Source: an uncultured Bacteroides sp. (GTDB lineage Bacteria > Bacillota > Clostridia > Oscillospirales > Acutalibacteraceae). From it: a stretch of 59,735 nt of DNA. This document shows, piece after piece, positions 1-11,717 of the stretch; position 1 is the stretch's first letter, and each line of letters begins with the position of its first letter. The notes beneath the pieces are model-generated. The model made no database searches, had not been told where the DNA came from, and saw nothing but the letters and a program-made list of their open reading frames with translations. The stretch spans positions 1 through 59,735 of the forward strand of contig CAYXLH010000002.1 in assembly GCA_964465835.1 (NCBI GenBank), in the 5' to 3' direction. The translations under genes were made by a program, and so were the position numbers.

Positions 1-2
1 TC

Positions 3-905
3 AGTTTTGTAAGAGGTCTTGTTGACAGCGCAGATTTAATTCTTAAAATCAGCCGTTTAATGCTCCAGCACGACCATAAGCTTAAAATTATTGAAAATGA
101 AATAGACAAAAATATTAAATCCGAACTTACAAAAATGCTTAAAAACGACAGAGAAAAATATGAAAAATTTTTCTCAACCTTCGGCGTACAGCTTAAATGG
201 GGTGTTTATGCAGATTACGGTATGAACAAGGACGGACTTAAAGATTTGATTATGTTCAAATCCTCCAACGGTGGTTACACAACCCTTAAAGAATATATTG
301 AGCGTATGGCTGAATCGCAGGAAAAAATCTACTATGCCTGCGGTGAAAACGAAGACAAAATCGCTCTTCTTCCCCAGTGTGACGCCGTTAAGGAAAAAGG
401 TTACGAAATTCTCTACTTCACCGATGATGTGGATGAATTTGCCGTACAGATGCTTATGAATTATGATGAGAAAGAATTTGCAAACATCTGCAAAGACGAT
501 TTGGATTTAAGCACTGACGCGGAAAAAGAAACTATCAATAAGAAAAACGAGGAGTCAAAGGAACTCCTTAACAAAATGAAAGAAATTTTAGGCGATGAGG
601 TAACTGCCGTTAAATTTACAAACAAGCTGGGACATCACGCCGTATGTCTTACCGCTGAGGGTTATGTAAGTATGGAAATGGCAAAGGTTCTTTCACAGAT
701 GCCAAATGGCGGAAACGGCGTAAAAGCACAACTTGTACTTGAAATTAACTGCGATCACCCCATTGCAGACAAGCTTTCTCAAACTAACGAGGACACCCTT
801 GCAAAATACACCAAGATACTTTACTCACAAGCAAGGCTTATTGCCGGACTTCCAATAGATAATCCAACCGAGCTGTCCGACAGTATATGCGAACTTATGG
901 TGTAA
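3..905 (+). CDS. htpG: Chaperone HtpG (Hsp90), 5'-truncated by window edge
   Basis: The frame is open from position 3 (SFVRGLVDSADL...). Hsp90 middle/C-terminal motifs present: FG.QLK.GV, TTLKEYIERM, KGYEILYFTDDVDEF, LEINCDHPI. Confidence 0.95.
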   Translation, partial: SFVRGLVDSADLILKISRLMLQHDHKLKIIENEIDKNIKSELTKMLKNDREKYEKFFSTFGVQLKWGVYADYGMNKDGLKDLIMFKSSNGGYTTLKEYIERMAESQEKIYYACGENEDKIALLPQCDAVKEKGYEILYFTDDVDEFAVQMLMNYDEKEFANICKDDLDLSTDAEKETINKKNEESKELLNKMKEILGDEVTAVKFTNKLGHHAVCLTAEGYVSMEMAKVLSQMPNGGNGVKAQLVLEINCDHPIADKLSQTNEDTLAKYTKILYSQARLIAGLPIDNPTELSDSICELMV

Positions 906-980
906 TTTTCAGGACTGATAAAAATTTAATATTGCAGATATTCTGTATATAATATAAAATATCCATAGGAGGTAAGACCT

Positions 981-2186
981 ATGGATATTTTTTTAACCGT
1001 ATTATCTGTAATTTTAAGTATTGTAACAGTGACTTTGCTCATTGTATTAATTAAAAAAGACTCCGGCAGTCAAACGCCGGCAAAGGATATTGCACTCTTA
1101 AATCAAAAAATTGACATTAACGCAAAGGCAGCGGCTCAGCATTCGGAAAACATTTCTCAGCAAATGAACTCTTTAACAGAGAAAAACTATCAGCACCAAA
1201 TCAATTTAATTGAAACGCTGAACAAAAATTCCGAAAAGCAGAGCAAAATTCTTGCAGATTCAATTAGCTCAATGCAGAAAAGCAACGAGGAAAAACTGGA
1301 ACAAATGCGTTCAACTGTTGATGAAAAGCTGACGGACACATTAAACAAACGCCTCAATGAATCCTTTAAAACCGTATCACAGCAGTTAAGCGACGTATAT
1401 AAATCTCTGGGCGAAATGAAAGAACTTTCCACCGGCGTTACCGACAATGTAAAAGGACTTAACCGTGTACTGACGAATGTAAAAAGCCGGGGCACTTGGG
1501 CGGAAGTACAGCTAGGCTCTATACTTGATGAAACCATACCCGGTATGTATGAGACCAATGTGAAAACCAATCCTAAATACAGCGGTCAGGTTGAATTTGC
1601 CGTAAAAATACCAAACTCCCAGGACAACAGTACCATATGGCTTCCCATTGATTCAAAATTTCCAATGGAGGATTACGCACGTCTTGCCGCCGCATCAGAA
1701 AACGGCGATTTAGCGACGCTTGAAATAGCAAAGAAGTCTCTTGAACAGCGGGTAAAGGACGAGGGAAAGCTGATAAAACAATACATTTCAGTGCCCGAAA
1801 CAACGCCGTTTGCAATTATGTATCTCGCAACCGAAGGGCTTTATGCAGAAATTATGAGCAGTAAAAACGGAGTTGCCGAAAAGCTGCAGAAAGACGGAAT
1901 TATGATAGCAGGACCCGGAACAATTATCGCATTGCTTAATTCTCTCGCTATGGGATTTCGTTCAATAGCCATCAACAAAAAGGCAAACGAAGTCTGGAAA
2001 GTTTTGGGTGCTGCAAAGGCTCAGTATGAAAAATTCGGTGAACAACTTGCAAAGGCGCAGAAAAAAATCGGTGAAGCGTCCAAGGCATTGGAAGACGCTG
2101 ACAATCGCAACCGGATTATACAAAAAAATCTCAAAGGCGTTGAAACCCTTGAACTTTCAGAAAGCAATAATATACTCGGACAATAA
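981..2186 (+). CDS. rmuC: DNA recombination protein RmuC family
   Basis: N-terminal TM, coiled coil, NVKSRGTWAEVQL, LPIDSKFPMEDY and FAIMYLATEGLYAE motifs; RBS GGAGG. Confidence 0.93.
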   Translation: MDIFLTVLSVILSIVTVTLLIVLIKKDSGSQTPAKDIALLNQKIDINAKAAAQHSENISQQMNSLTEKNYQHQINLIETLNKNSEKQSKILADSISSMQKSNEEKLEQMRSTVDEKLTDTLNKRLNESFKTVSQQLSDVYKSLGEMKELSTGVTDNVKGLNRVLTNVKSRGTWAEVQLGSILDETIPGMYETNVKTNPKYSGQVEFAVKIPNSQDNSTIWLPIDSKFPMEDYARLAAASENGDLATLEIAKKSLEQRVKDEGKLIKQYISVPETTPFAIMYLATEGLYAEIMSSKNGVAEKLQKDGIMIAGPGTIIALLNSLAMGFRSIAINKKANEVWKVLGAAKAQYEKFGEQLAKAQKKIGEASKALEDADNRNRIIQKNLKGVETLELSESNNILGQ

Positions 2187-2198
2187 TTAACACTCACA

Positions 2199-2236
2199 CA
2201 AAAACACCTCTTTGCAAAATCAAAGAGGTGTTTTTG
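2199..2236. terminator. Bidirectional intrinsic terminator between rmuC and purB
   Basis: AAAAACACCTCTTTG-caaaat-CAAAGAGGTGTTTTT inverted repeat between convergent genes. Confidence 0.85.
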
Positions 2237-2250
2237 ATATGCTGTTAAAA

Positions 2251-3684
2251 TCAAACGTTAATTTCAACGTCAAGTCCTAAAAGGTCTTTATTTTCATCAA
2301 GAATAGGCTGAATAACCTCCGAAAGGAAATCTGCTGTCTGTTCAGGTGCTCTGCCCACAAAATTTCCCGGTTTGAGGATATGGAGTATCTCATCCTTTGT
2401 TGTCATAAAGGCAGGGTCTGCGGCAATTCTATCTACAAGGTCATTCTTTCCGCCCTGCTGTTTAACAACTGCGGCGGCAGCCATAGAGTGCTGACGGATT
2501 TTTTCGTGAAGTTCCTGACGGTCACCGCCTTTTTTTACAGCGTCCATCATTATATTTTCAGTAGCCATAAAGGGCAATTCGCTCATAAGCCTTGATTCAA
2601 TTACCTTGGGATAAACAACAAGTCCCGATGTAACATTAATGTACAAATCAAGTATGCCGTCGGTGGCAAGAAACGCCTCGGCAACGGAAACACGCTTGTT
2701 TGCAGAATCATCCAGGGTTCTTTCAAACCACTGGGCAGACGCCGTCCATGCAGGATTAAGAGTATCTATCATAACATAACGTGAAAGAGACGCAATTCTC
2801 TCTGACCTCATAGGATTACGCTTGTATGCCATAGCAGAAGAGCCAATTTGATTTTTTTCAAAAGGTTCCTCAATCTCTTTAAGATTCTGAAGAAGTCTTA
2901 AATCGTTAGAAAACTTACAACAGGACTGAGCAATAAGTCCAAGGCAGTTGCAAACGATTGTGTCAAGCTTTCTTGCATATGTCTGACCCGAAACCGGGAA
3001 GCAAGCCTTAAATCCCATTTTTTCTGCAATTTTACGGTCAAGTTCCTTGCATTTTTCGTGGTCGCCGTCAAAGAGTTCAAGGAAAGAAGCCTGTGTTCCG
3101 GTAGTACCCTTTGAACCTAAAAGCATAAGGCTGTCCAAAACGTGTTCAACCTCGTTATAGTCCATAACTAAATCCATAAGCCAGAGAGTTGCTCTCTTGC
3201 CTACGGTAGTAGGCTGTGCCGGCTGAAAATGTGTAAAGCCAAGACAGGGCATATCCTTGTATTCATCAGCGAATTTTGCAACAGAAGCAATGGCGTTAAC
3301 AAGCTTCTTTTTAATAAGAAACATTGCTTCACGCATAGTGATAACATCGGTATTATCACCCACATAGCACGAGGTTGCTCCCAAATGAATAATAGGCTTA
3401 GCTTTTGGACACTGGTCACCATAGGCGTGAACGTGGCTCATAACATCGTGGCGGAATTTCTTTTCATATTCCTTGGCGGCGTCATAATTGATATCATCCT
3501 GATGAGCTTTAAGCTCGTCAATCTGTTTCTGCGTTACATTAAGTCCCAGTTCTTTTTCTGCTTCAGCAAGGGCAATCCATAACTTTCTCCATGTTTTAAA
3601 CTTAAAATCAGGAGAATAAATATACTGCATTTCTTTGCTGGCATATCTTGCGTTAAAAGGTGAATTATATGTGTCGTTAGCCAT
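2251..3684 (-). CDS. purB: Adenylosuccinate lyase
   Basis: RHDVMSHVH, IHLGATS and GSSAMAYKRNPM fumarase-superfamily signature. Confidence 0.97.
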   Translation of the reverse strand: MANDTYNSPFNARYASKEMQYIYSPDFKFKTWRKLWIALAEAEKELGLNVTQKQIDELKAHQDDINYDAAKEYEKKFRHDVMSHVHAYGDQCPKAKPIIHLGATSCYVGDNTDVITMREAMFLIKKKLVNAIASVAKFADEYKDMPCLGFTHFQPAQPTTVGKRATLWLMDLVMDYNEVEHVLDSLMLLGSKGTTGTQASFLELFDGDHEKCKELDRKIAEKMGFKACFPVSGQTYARKLDTIVCNCLGLIAQSCCKFSNDLRLLQNLKEIEEPFEKNQIGSSAMAYKRNPMRSERIASLSRYVMIDTLNPAWTASAQWFERTLDDSANKRVSVAEAFLATDGILDLYINVTSGLVVYPKVIESRLMSELPFMATENIMMDAVKKGGDRQELHEKIRQHSMAAAAVVKQQGGKNDLVDRIAADPAFMTTKDEILHILKPGNFVGRAPEQTADFLSEVIQPILDENKDLLGLDVEINV

Positions 3685-4394
3685 TAGTCAAGTCCCACTC
3701 TCTTCATCATTTCGGCGTAAGCTTCTTCTACACCGCCTAAATCACGGCGGAAACGGTCTTTATCAAGCTTTTCATGAGTTTTAATATCCCAGAAACGGCA
3801 TGTATCAGGGCTGATCTCGTCAGCAAGAACAATTTTGCCGTCGGAGGTTTTACCGAATTCAAGCTTGAAATCTATGAGTTCAACGCCGATTGAAGCAAAA
3901 TACTCTTTAAGAACATCATTAACCTTAAACGCCATTTTTTTAATGGTATCAACCTCGTCCTGTGTTGCAAATCCACAGGAAACAGCATGATAACCGTTGA
4001 TAAGCGGATCGCCCAAATCGTCGTCCTTATATGAAAATTCTATTGACGGGCAAACAAAGTCCATTCCCTCTTCAAGTCCCAGTCTTTTGCAGATTGAACC
4101 TGCGGCACGGTTACGGATAATAACTTCAAGAGGAACGATAGTAACCTTTTTAACAGCAGTTTCCCTGTCGGAAAGCTCCTCAACAAAGTGTGTAGGAACA
4201 CCTGCTTTTTCCAAAATCTGCATAAGGTAGTTTGACATTTTATTGTTAACTACACCCTTGCCTACGATAGTACCCTTTTTAATTCCGTTAAAAGCAGTAG
4301 CGTCGTCCTTATAATCTACAATAACCATATCCGGGTCTTCTGTTGCCCAAACCTTTTTTGCCTTGCCTTCGTAAAGCTGTTCTCTCTTTTCCAT
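3684..4394 (-). CDS. purC: SAICAR synthetase
   Basis: [37 protein letters not shown]. Confidence 0.98.
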   Translation of the reverse strand: MEKREQLYEGKAKKVWATEDPDMVIVDYKDDATAFNGIKKGTIVGKGVVNNKMSNYLMQILEKAGVPTHFVEELSDRETAVKKVTIVPLEVIIRNRAAGSICKRLGLEEGMDFVCPSIEFSYKDDDLGDPLINGYHAVSCGFATQDEVDTIKKMAFKVNDVLKEYFASIGVELIDFKLEFGKTSDGKIVLADEISPDTCRFWDIKTHEKLDKDRFRRDLGGVEEAYAEMMKRVGLD

Positions 4395-4429
4395 TTTAAC
4401 TTCTCCTTATTTGTTTTAGTGAAAATTAA

Positions 4430-5647
4430 TTACTTTTTATATACTGCTTTAATTCTTTCAACGGCTTCAACGGTTTTTTCCGCATTGCCGAATGCAGTCA
4501 GTCTGAAATATCCCTCGCCGGCAGGACCGAATCCTGAACCGGGAGTACCTACTACCTGACATTTGTCAAGCAATTCATCAAAAAATTCCCAGCTGGTATA
4601 ACCCTCGGGTACTCTGAGCCATACATAAGGTGAATTTACACCTCCGTAACACTCAAATCCTGCATCCTTGAGTCCGTCATAAATTACCCTTGCATTCTTC
4701 TGATAATAAGCAAGAGTTTCTTTAATCTGCTTTTTGCCCTCATCGCTGTAAATAGCTTCGGCTGCTCTCTGTGTGATATAAGAAACGCCGTTAAACTTTG
4801 TAGCCTGACGTCTTGCCCACAGAGGATTAAGAGATGTTCCATCAAACACAAGCTCTTTTGGAACAACGGTATAACCGCATCTCATACCTGTAAAACCTGC
4901 TGTTTTTGAGAAGGAGCGAAGCTCGATAGCGCACTTCTTTGCACCATCAATTTCATAAATTGATTTTGGCACATTCTCCTCTGTTACAAATGCTTCGTAA
5001 GCAGAGTCAAAAAGGATAAGTGATTTGTGCTCCAGTGCATAATCAACCCACTTTTTAAGCTGTTCTTTATCAGCAACCATACCTGTTGGATTATTGGGGA
5101 AGCAAAGATAAATTACATCCGGAACTTCTTTAGGAAGGTCGGGGGTAAAGTTATTCTCCGCTGTGCAGGGCATATAAATGATATTTGACCAAAGTCCGTC
5201 AGCACCCTTGTCACCGTTTCTTCCTGCCATAACATTTGTATCAATATAAACAGGATAAACCGGGTCGCAGATTGCAACTTTATTATCAACTGAAAAAATA
5301 TCTCCTATATTACCGCAGTCGGATTTTGCACCGTCAGAAAGGAAAATTTCATCTTTTGCAATATCAATTCCTCTGTCGGCATAATCATTTTTCTGAATGG
5401 CGTCAAGAATAAAATCATAGCCGTACTCGGGAGGATATCCTCTGAAAGTAGCCTCGTCCGCCATTTCGTCAACTGCCTTGTGCATTGCGTCAATAACAAC
5501 AGGACAAAGGGGTTTTGTAACGTCTCCGATTGAAAGACGTATTACATCTTTGTCCGGGTGAGCTGCCTGATATTCTCTCTGCTTTTTAGCAACTGTTGAA
5601 AACAGGTAGCTTGACTCAATTTTCAAAAAGTTTTCATTAATTTTCAT
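4430..5647 (-). CDS. dapL: LL-diaminopimelate aminotransferase
   Basis: [41 protein letters not shown]; adjacent to dapF. Confidence 0.96.
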   Translation of the reverse strand: MKINENFLKIESSYLFSTVAKKQREYQAAHPDKDVIRLSIGDVTKPLCPVVIDAMHKAVDEMADEATFRGYPPEYGYDFILDAIQKNDYADRGIDIAKDEIFLSDGAKSDCGNIGDIFSVDNKVAICDPVYPVYIDTNVMAGRNGDKGADGLWSNIIYMPCTAENNFTPDLPKEVPDVIYLCFPNNPTGMVADKEQLKKWVDYALEHKSLILFDSAYEAFVTEENVPKSIYEIDGAKKCAIELRSFSKTAGFTGMRCGYTVVPKELVFDGTSLNPLWARRQATKFNGVSYITQRAAEAIYSDEGKKQIKETLAYYQKNARVIYDGLKDAGFECYGGVNSPYVWLRVPEGYTSWEFFDELLDKCQVVGTPGSGFGPAGEGYFRLTAFGNAEKTVEAVERIKAVYKK

Positions 5648-5667
5648 ATAATTAAACCTCCTATAAA

Positions 5668-6507
5668 TTACAAATCTATATCTCCGCTGAAAACGGTTTC
5701 GGCAGGACCGGTCATAAATACACTGTCCTCATCGTTTCCGCTCCAGCTGATATTAAGCTCTCCTCCCAGCAGATGAACAGTCAAATCATTGTCTGCATAG
5801 CCGTTAATGATAGCTGCAACTGCTGCGGCACATGCGCCGGTTCCGCAAGCAAGGGTTTCGCCCGAACCTCTCTCCCAAACACGCATTTCAAGATTTCTTC
5901 TGTCAATAATTCTTATAAACTCCGTATTTGTTCTGTCTGGAAAAATACTTTTATTTTCAAACATAGGCCCGATTTCCTCAAGAGGAAAATCCTTTGGTGA
6001 TATGTCAAGAAAAACTACTGCATGTGGATTGCCCATAGATACGCAGGTGATTTTATACTCATCGCCGTCAACGGTTACGGGCATATTAACCGCCCTGTCG
6101 CCGCCGCAGATTACGGGAATTGACTTTGCATCAAGACAAGGTTTGCCCATATCAACCTTTGCGCTTACCGCCCTGCCCTTTTTAACATCAATATCAATAT
6201 ATTTAACAGCGCCCATTGATTCAATGGAAATTGATTTTTTATCAGTCAGTCCGTTGTCGTAAACGTATTTTGCAACGCATCTAATGCCGTTGCCGCACAT
6301 TGCACCTCTGGAACCGTCGGCATTGTACATAACCATTTCAAAATCGGCTTTTTTACTTTTTTTAATTAGTATAATTCCGTCGGCGCCGATACCGAAATGG
6401 CGGTCAGAAAGCTTAACAGCTGCCGCTTTTTCGTCATCAATCTTTTCCTTTGTACAGTCAAAGTAGATATAATCATTACCGCACCCATGCATTTTTGTGA
6501 ACTTCAT
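5668..6507 (-). CDS. dapF: Diaminopimelate epimerase
   Basis: [39 protein letters not shown]. Start moved to ATG 6507 (RBS GAGGGG). Confidence 0.97.
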   Translation of the reverse strand: MKFTKMHGCGNDYIYFDCTKEKIDDEKAAAVKLSDRHFGIGADGIILIKKSKKADFEMVMYNADGSRGAMCGNGIRCVAKYVYDNGLTDKKSISIESMGAVKYIDIDVKKGRAVSAKVDMGKPCLDAKSIPVICGGDRAVNMPVTVDGDEYKITCVSMGNPHAVVFLDISPKDFPLEEIGPMFENKSIFPDRTNTEFIRIIDRRNLEMRVWERGSGETLACGTGACAAAVAAIINGYADNDLTVHLLGGELNISWSGNDEDSVFMTGPAETVFSGDIDL

Positions 6508-6559
6508 AACAGCACCCCTCAATATAATCAAATTCTTCTTGTATATTTCGCCAATAATT

Positions 6560-7075
6560 TCAACTGAACTGTTTTATTATTCTTTTAGCAGTCTCGGCAA
6601 GTTTCTTTCCGCTTTTCATACTTTCTTTTTGAAGATATTTATGCGCCTGCATTTCCGTCATATTATTAAGGTTCATTAATATAAGCTTTGCCTTGCTGAT
6701 AATATCGCTGTCGTCAGCACTGCGCCTTGTAAAAGAACTGTCGGTTGCCGCAAGAACCGCAACGGTTTCAATAAACTCCTCTCTGTCAAGAGGCAAAGGC
6801 ATACTGACAAGGTTACCCATATAATTTTCCCGTCCGCCTTTTGACAATGCCACAACGTCAAAATCAGGCGGCAGATTTTCCGCAAGGATGTTGGCGCCCA
6901 TATCACGCAGAATTGATGCACATACGATTACGCCACACCGCATATCCGAAGCAATGGATAAAACGCTTGCTCCGGTTGCACAAATATGGGACACATAAAA
7001 TCCGTTATCTTCAAGAACGTTTTTTATCTGCATTGCCGTATCTTTAACAGGATATGCAACTATGATATTCTTCAT
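6560..7075 (-). CDS. ANTAR-domain RNA-binding antitermination regulator with degenerate receiver-like N-terminus
   Basis: C-terminal IISKAKLILM..NNMTEMQAHKYLQKESMKSGKKLAETAKRI is an ANTAR pattern. The N-terminus is REC-like but lacks the acidic residues. Confidence 0.88.
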   Translation of the reverse strand: MKNIIVAYPVKDTAMQIKNVLEDNGFYVSHICATGASVLSIASDMRCGVIVCASILRDMGANILAENLPPDFDVVALSKGGRENYMGNLVSMPLPLDREEFIETVAVLAATDSSFTRRSADDSDIISKAKLILMNLNNMTEMQAHKYLQKESMKSGKKLAETAKRIIKQFS

Positions 7076-7138
7076 GAATTACCCGTCCCCGCTCATCAAT
7101 CATAATACTGTATTTTAATTATATTATAATTAATTGGT

Positions 7139-7168
7139 ATTATAACATATTATACTTATTTGTATCAA
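7139..7168 (-). promoter_or_regulatory. Putative sigma-A promoter of the ANTAR-dap-pur operon
   Basis: TTGATA-18 nt-TATAAT with TG extension on the minus strand; the region is AT-rich, so alternatives exist. Confidence 0.5.
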
Positions 7169-7343
7169 TAGAAAATCCGCAGCAAATTTAATAATTTTTA
7201 AAATTTATCACTTAACACAAAATTTTTTTAAAAGTTAGCGTTGATTTGTAAAAAATATATACATAATTTTGTAAAATTTATGACAAAATGCACAGAATTT
7301 ATATTTTTTCAAAAAATTCTTGTAACAAAATACACAAATAACC

Positions 7344-7372
7344 TTGATTTACAAGCCAATGAATGGTATTAT
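7344..7372 (+). promoter_or_regulatory. Putative sigma-A promoter of the glg operon
   Basis: TTGATT-17 nt-TATTAT with TG extension. Confidence 0.55.
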
Positions 7373-7424
7373 AAAATTAAGTATTATTATAGCTTGTCGC
7401 ATTATTAAAATAAAGGAGAGAAAT

Positions 7425-9356
7425 ATGTCTGAGATAAAAGAGGAATACAAGTTCCCTTTGTATTTATTTCACGCAGGAAAAAACTACAAGGCATACGAAT
7501 TCTTCGGAGTTCATAAGATAAATAGTAAAAGCTATGTTTTCAGGGTATGGGCTCCCCACGCAAAAGCAGTAAGCGTTGTGGGTGATTTCAACAACTGGGA
7601 CGAAAACGAAAATAAGTGCGAGTGTATATCACCAGGAATTTGGGAAGCAGTCATTGACAGTGCAAATGTTTATGACTGCTACAAATACGCAATTACCACG
7701 GCGGATTCAAAGTTGATACTAAAGTCCGACCCATATGCAGTTCACGCCGAAACAAGACCCGGCACAGGCTCAAAGGTATATGAGCTGGACAATTACAAAT
7801 GGACTGACGAAAAATGGAAAAATGAAAATTCAAAGGGCAGTATTCTTGAAAGGCCTGTCAATATTTACGAAATACATTTCGGCTCGTGGAAACAGCATGA
7901 TGACGGCAATTTCCTTACTTACAGAGAAATGGCTGAGCAGTTGGTTCCATATGTTAAGGAAATGGGATACACCCATATTGAAATGATGCCCATTATGGAA
8001 TATCCGTATGACGGTTCATGGGGTTATCAGGTTACGGGCTACTTTGCTCCCACTTCAAGATACGGTGTGCCAGAGGATTTGATGTATTTTATTGACACCT
8101 GTCACAAAAAAGGCATAGGTGTAATACTTGACTGGGTGCCGGCGCATTTTCCAAAGGATGCCTATGGACTTTATGAATTTGACGGACAGTGTTGTTATGA
8201 ATATTCCGACTTAAAAAAAGGCGAGCACAAGGAATGGGGCACTCGTGTATTCGACTATTCAAAAAATGAAGTTATTTCATTTCTCATTTCGTCAGCTAAC
8301 TACTGGGTTGAAAAATTCCATTTTGACGGACTGAGAGTTGACGCCGTTGCATCAATGCTTTACCTTGATTACGGCAGAAACGACGGCGAGTGGACTCCCA
8401 ACAAAAACGGCGGAAGAGAAAACCTTGAGGCGGTGGAATTTTTCCGCAAACTGAACACGGCTGTTCTTACCGAACATCCTAACACAATGATGATTGCTGA
8501 GGAATCTACGGCATGGCCGATGATAACAATGCCCCCCGATATCGGAGGACTGGGATTCAACTTTAAATGGAATATGGGTTGGATGAATGATATGCTTCGC
8601 TACACCTCCCTTGACCCGCTTTTCAGAAAAGGTAATCACAACTGCATAACATTCAGCTTCTTCTATGCTTTTTCGGAAAACTTTGTTCTTCCGATAAGCC
8701 ACGATGAAGTTGTACACGGCAAATGTTCCCTTATAAACAAGATGCCTGGCGAGTACGATATGAAATTTGAAGGAATCAGGCTATTTTTGGCATATATGAT
8801 GGCTCATCCCGGTAAAAAGCTGTTATTTATGGGATCGGAATTTGGTCAGTTTATTGAGTGGAATTACAAGCAGGGACTCGACTGGCTATTGCTTGATTAT
8901 GAAAAGCACAGACAATTACAGAAGTTTTCAAAAGAGCTTAACGATTTTTACAAACAGCACAGTGAACTTTGGGAAATTGATTACAGCTGGGATGGATTTC
9001 AGTGGATATCCAGCGACGATAACAGTAATTCAATAATCGCATTCAGGCGTATGAATAAAGCCGGTGATGATTTAATTACCGTATTCAACTGGACTCCGAA
9101 CAGCTTTGACAGTTACAAAATCGGCGTGCCCGAGAAAGGAACGTACAAAGTAGTATTTGATACTAATATTGCAAAATACGGCGGATCAAAACAGCGTCTT
9201 GCAGGAACTTACAAAACTTCAAAAAAGCCACTGCACGGATTTGATCAGTGTATTGACCTTAAACTCAGCGGACTATCGGCAATTTATTTAAAGAAAACTG
9301 CAAACGCAAATAAGAAATCCAAAACAAAAAAATCTGTTCAAAAGAAGAAATTATAA
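7425..9356 (+). CDS. glgB: 1,4-alpha-glucan branching enzyme
   Basis: [52 protein letters not shown]. Start at ATG 7425 after AAGGAG. Confidence 0.97.
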   Translation: MSEIKEEYKFPLYLFHAGKNYKAYEFFGVHKINSKSYVFRVWAPHAKAVSVVGDFNNWDENENKCECISPGIWEAVIDSANVYDCYKYAITTADSKLILKSDPYAVHAETRPGTGSKVYELDNYKWTDEKWKNENSKGSILERPVNIYEIHFGSWKQHDDGNFLTYREMAEQLVPYVKEMGYTHIEMMPIMEYPYDGSWGYQVTGYFAPTSRYGVPEDLMYFIDTCHKKGIGVILDWVPAHFPKDAYGLYEFDGQCCYEYSDLKKGEHKEWGTRVFDYSKNEVISFLISSANYWVEKFHFDGLRVDAVASMLYLDYGRNDGEWTPNKNGGRENLEAVEFFRKLNTAVLTEHPNTMMIAEESTAWPMITMPPDIGGLGFNFKWNMGWMNDMLRYTSLDPLFRKGNHNCITFSFFYAFSENFVLPISHDEVVHGKCSLINKMPGEYDMKFEGIRLFLAYMMAHPGKKLLFMGSEFGQFIEWNYKQGLDWLLLDYEKHRQLQKFSKELNDFYKQHSELWEIDYSWDGFQWISSDDNSNSIIAFRRMNKAGDDLITVFNWTPNSFDSYKIGVPEKGTYKVVFDTNIAKYGGSKQRLAGTYKTSKKPLHGFDQCIDLKLSGLSAIYLKKTANANKKSKTKKSVQKKKL

Positions 9357-9367
9357 GGAGGATTTTT

Positions 9368-10576
9368 ATGTCACATAAAACAGAAGTTGTAGCAATGCTG
9401 CTGGCAGGCGGACAAGGAAGCCGTCTCGGCGTACTTACAAAAAGCATTGCAAAGCCTGCAGTACCCTACGGTGGAAATTACAGAATCATTGATTTTCCTC
9501 TGTCAAACTGCGTTAACAGCGGTATCTACACAGTCGGCGTACTCACACAGTATCAGCCGTTGGTGCTTAATGATTATTTAGGCAATGGTCAGCCATGGGA
9601 TCTTGACAGACTTAACGGCGGGGTTCACGTACTTTCACCTTATGAGGCAAGAGGCGGCGCTGAATGGTTTAAAGGCACAGCAAACGCTATTTATCAGAAT
9701 ATTGCTTTCATTGAAAAATATGACCCTGAATATGTAGTTGTTCTCTCCGGCGACCATATTTATAAAATGAATTATGCAAAAATGATTGACTTTCACAAAA
9801 AGAACAATGCAGACTGCACAATAGCAGTGCTGGAGGTTCCGTGGGAGGAAGCAAGCAGATTTGGTATTCTTGCTACTGACGAAGACGACAAGATTTACGA
9901 ATTTGCCGAGAAACCCGAACAGCCCAAATCAAATAAGGCCTCAATGGGCGTTTACGTATTTTCCTGGGATAAACTCAAAAAATATCTTATTGAAGATGAA
10001 GCAGACCCCAATTCATCAAACGATTTCGGTAAAAACATTATACCGAAAATGCTTGATGACGGACAGAGAATGTTTGCTTTCCCATTTAAGGGATATTGGA
10101 AAGATGTGGGCACTATTGATTCACTGTGGGAGGCAAATCTGGACATAATCAATCCTAATGTCGACCTTGATTTATCTGATAAAAACTGGAAAATCTACTC
10201 ACGTAATCCTGAAGCTCCCCCGCACTTTGTAGGACCTGACGCAGTAGTTGAAAACTCGTCTGTAAGCGAGGGCTGTGAAATTGACGGAACAGTTGACTAT
10301 TCTGTAATTTCTTCAAATGTAAAAATTGAAAAGGATGCAGAAGTTAAGTACAGTGTAATTATGCCGGGTGCAACAATAAAAGAAGGTGCAAAGATTTACT
10401 ATTCAATAATAGCAGAGGATGCAGTAATTGAAAAAGATGCTCAAATCGGCGAATTTCCCGAAAATCTTGATGACCCGTCAACATGGGGCGTAGCAGTTGT
10501 CGGTTCTTCAGCAAAAATAACCGAGGGCAAAAAAATTGCTCCCAAAGAAATGATTGCATCAGGAGAGGAGGTATAA
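9368..10576 (+). CDS. glgC: Glucose-1-phosphate adenylyltransferase
   Basis: [32 protein letters not shown]. Confidence 0.97.
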   Translation: MSHKTEVVAMLLAGGQGSRLGVLTKSIAKPAVPYGGNYRIIDFPLSNCVNSGIYTVGVLTQYQPLVLNDYLGNGQPWDLDRLNGGVHVLSPYEARGGAEWFKGTANAIYQNIAFIEKYDPEYVVVLSGDHIYKMNYAKMIDFHKKNNADCTIAVLEVPWEEASRFGILATDEDDKIYEFAEKPEQPKSNKASMGVYVFSWDKLKKYLIEDEADPNSSNDFGKNIIPKMLDDGQRMFAFPFKGYWKDVGTIDSLWEANLDIINPNVDLDLSDKNWKIYSRNPEAPPHFVGPDAVVENSSVSEGCEIDGTVDYSVISSNVKIEKDAEVKYSVIMPGATIKEGAKIYYSIIAEDAVIEKDAQIGEFPENLDDPSTWGVAVVGSSAKITEGKKIAPKEMIASGEEV

Positions 10577-10579
10577 GAA

Positions 10580-11704
10580 ATGAACGGAAAAAATGTACTT
10601 GGTATGATATTCGCAAATATTCACGAGGAGGCTCTCGGTTCTCTCACTGATTTGAGAACTATGGGCAGCGTGCCGTTTTGCTCGCGTTACCGTTTAATTG
10701 ACTTTCCTCTTTCAAATATGGTAGAAAGCGGAGTAACAAAAATAGGCGTTGTTACCAATGCAAACTTTAACTCACTTATGGACCACGTCGGCACAGGAAA
10801 GCCCTGGGATTTAAGCAGAAAAACGGACGGACTCTATCTTCTTCCGCCGTTTGCTTCAAATACCGTTACAATGTGGGGAAACAGAATTGACGCTATTTTT
10901 GGAAATATGAATTTCCTTGACCATTCAAATCAGGAATATGTGCTGATGAGCGACTGTAACCACGTTTTGAACATTGATTTTGAAAAAGTTTTTGACGCTC
11001 ACGAAAAGAACGGCGCTGACATCACTATTGTAGGCGTTAAGGCTAAAAAGCCATCGGAAATATCCTCTGTACTTGTTTTTGACAAGGTTAACGATGATGG
11101 AAAAATTGAAGAAGCATCCCTTGATCCTGAATCCGATGAAGATGTATTTTACTCCTGCAATATCTTCCTTATGAAAAAATATATGCTTGAATCTCTTGTT
11201 GCAACAGCTCATTCCAAGAATGAGGTATCTTTCCAAAGGAGTATAATTTTGGACTGTATCTCTAAAAAGAATGTTTATGCTTATGACGCAACAGACTGCT
11301 TTGTAGGCACAATAGACGGTATTCAAAGCTACTATGATATTTCAATGAACTTGCTTTGCAAAGAAACCAAAAACAAACTCTTTAACCCAAGCAGACCTAT
11401 TTACACAAAAGAGCGTGACGATATGCCCACTCTTTATGGTCCTGAAAGCAAGATGGTAAACGCTCTTGCTGCTGACGGATGTGAAATCAAAGGAACAGTT
11501 GAAAACTGTATTCTCTTTAAAGGCGTTAAAATTGAAAAAGGCGCAGTAGTTAAAAACTCTATTCTTATGCAGGATACAGTAGTTGGTGAGGATGCAAAAA
11601 TAAATTGCATTATTGCTGACAAAAACGTAAACATTAAGTCAGGTGTTGAACTTTCAGGCGCATCAAACTTCCCTGTTTGCCTGTCAAAGGACACCAGAAT
11701 ATAG
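10580..11704 (+). CDS. glgD: Glucose-1-phosphate adenylyltransferase subunit GlgD
   Basis: GlgC paralog (SVPF.SRYRLIDF.LSNMV, GKPWDL) without the catalytic Gly loop, directly after glgC. Confidence 0.93.
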   Translation: MNGKNVLGMIFANIHEEALGSLTDLRTMGSVPFCSRYRLIDFPLSNMVESGVTKIGVVTNANFNSLMDHVGTGKPWDLSRKTDGLYLLPPFASNTVTMWGNRIDAIFGNMNFLDHSNQEYVLMSDCNHVLNIDFEKVFDAHEKNGADITIVGVKAKKPSEISSVLVFDKVNDDGKIEEASLDPESDEDVFYSCNIFLMKKYMLESLVATAHSKNEVSFQRSIILDCISKKNVYAYDATDCFVGTIDGIQSYYDISMNLLCKETKNKLFNPSRPIYTKERDDMPTLYGPESKMVNALAADGCEIKGTVENCILFKGVKIEKGAVVKNSILMQDTVVGEDAKINCIIADKNVNIKSGVELSGASNFPVCLSKDTRI

Positions 11705-11717
11705 GAGGAATTTTATA

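Noticed and set aside
3-120. HtpG catalytic-loop motif reads DLILKISRLMLQ instead of the near-invariant DLxLNISRExLQ, with other odd residues nearby
   Set aside because: The deviations cluster in the first ~110 nt and the rest of the gene is normal. This is most simply low-quality sequence at a read or contig edge, and it cannot be supported without reads.
931-942. 12-mer ATTGCAGATATT in the rmuC promoter also occurs (minus strand) in the oadG promoter spacer near 37639-37650
   Set aside because: AT-rich, at different positions relative to the promoter elements, and upstream of unrelated genes. Compatible with chance.
7080-7343. CodY-like or repeated AAAATTT words upstream of glgB
   Set aside because: The region is very AT-rich and the best matches to AATTTTCWGAAAATT have three or more mismatches.
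9290-9356. Lysine-rich C-terminal tail of GlgB
   Set aside because: Short low-complexity basic tails are common on clostridial enzymes; there is no evidence of a special function.
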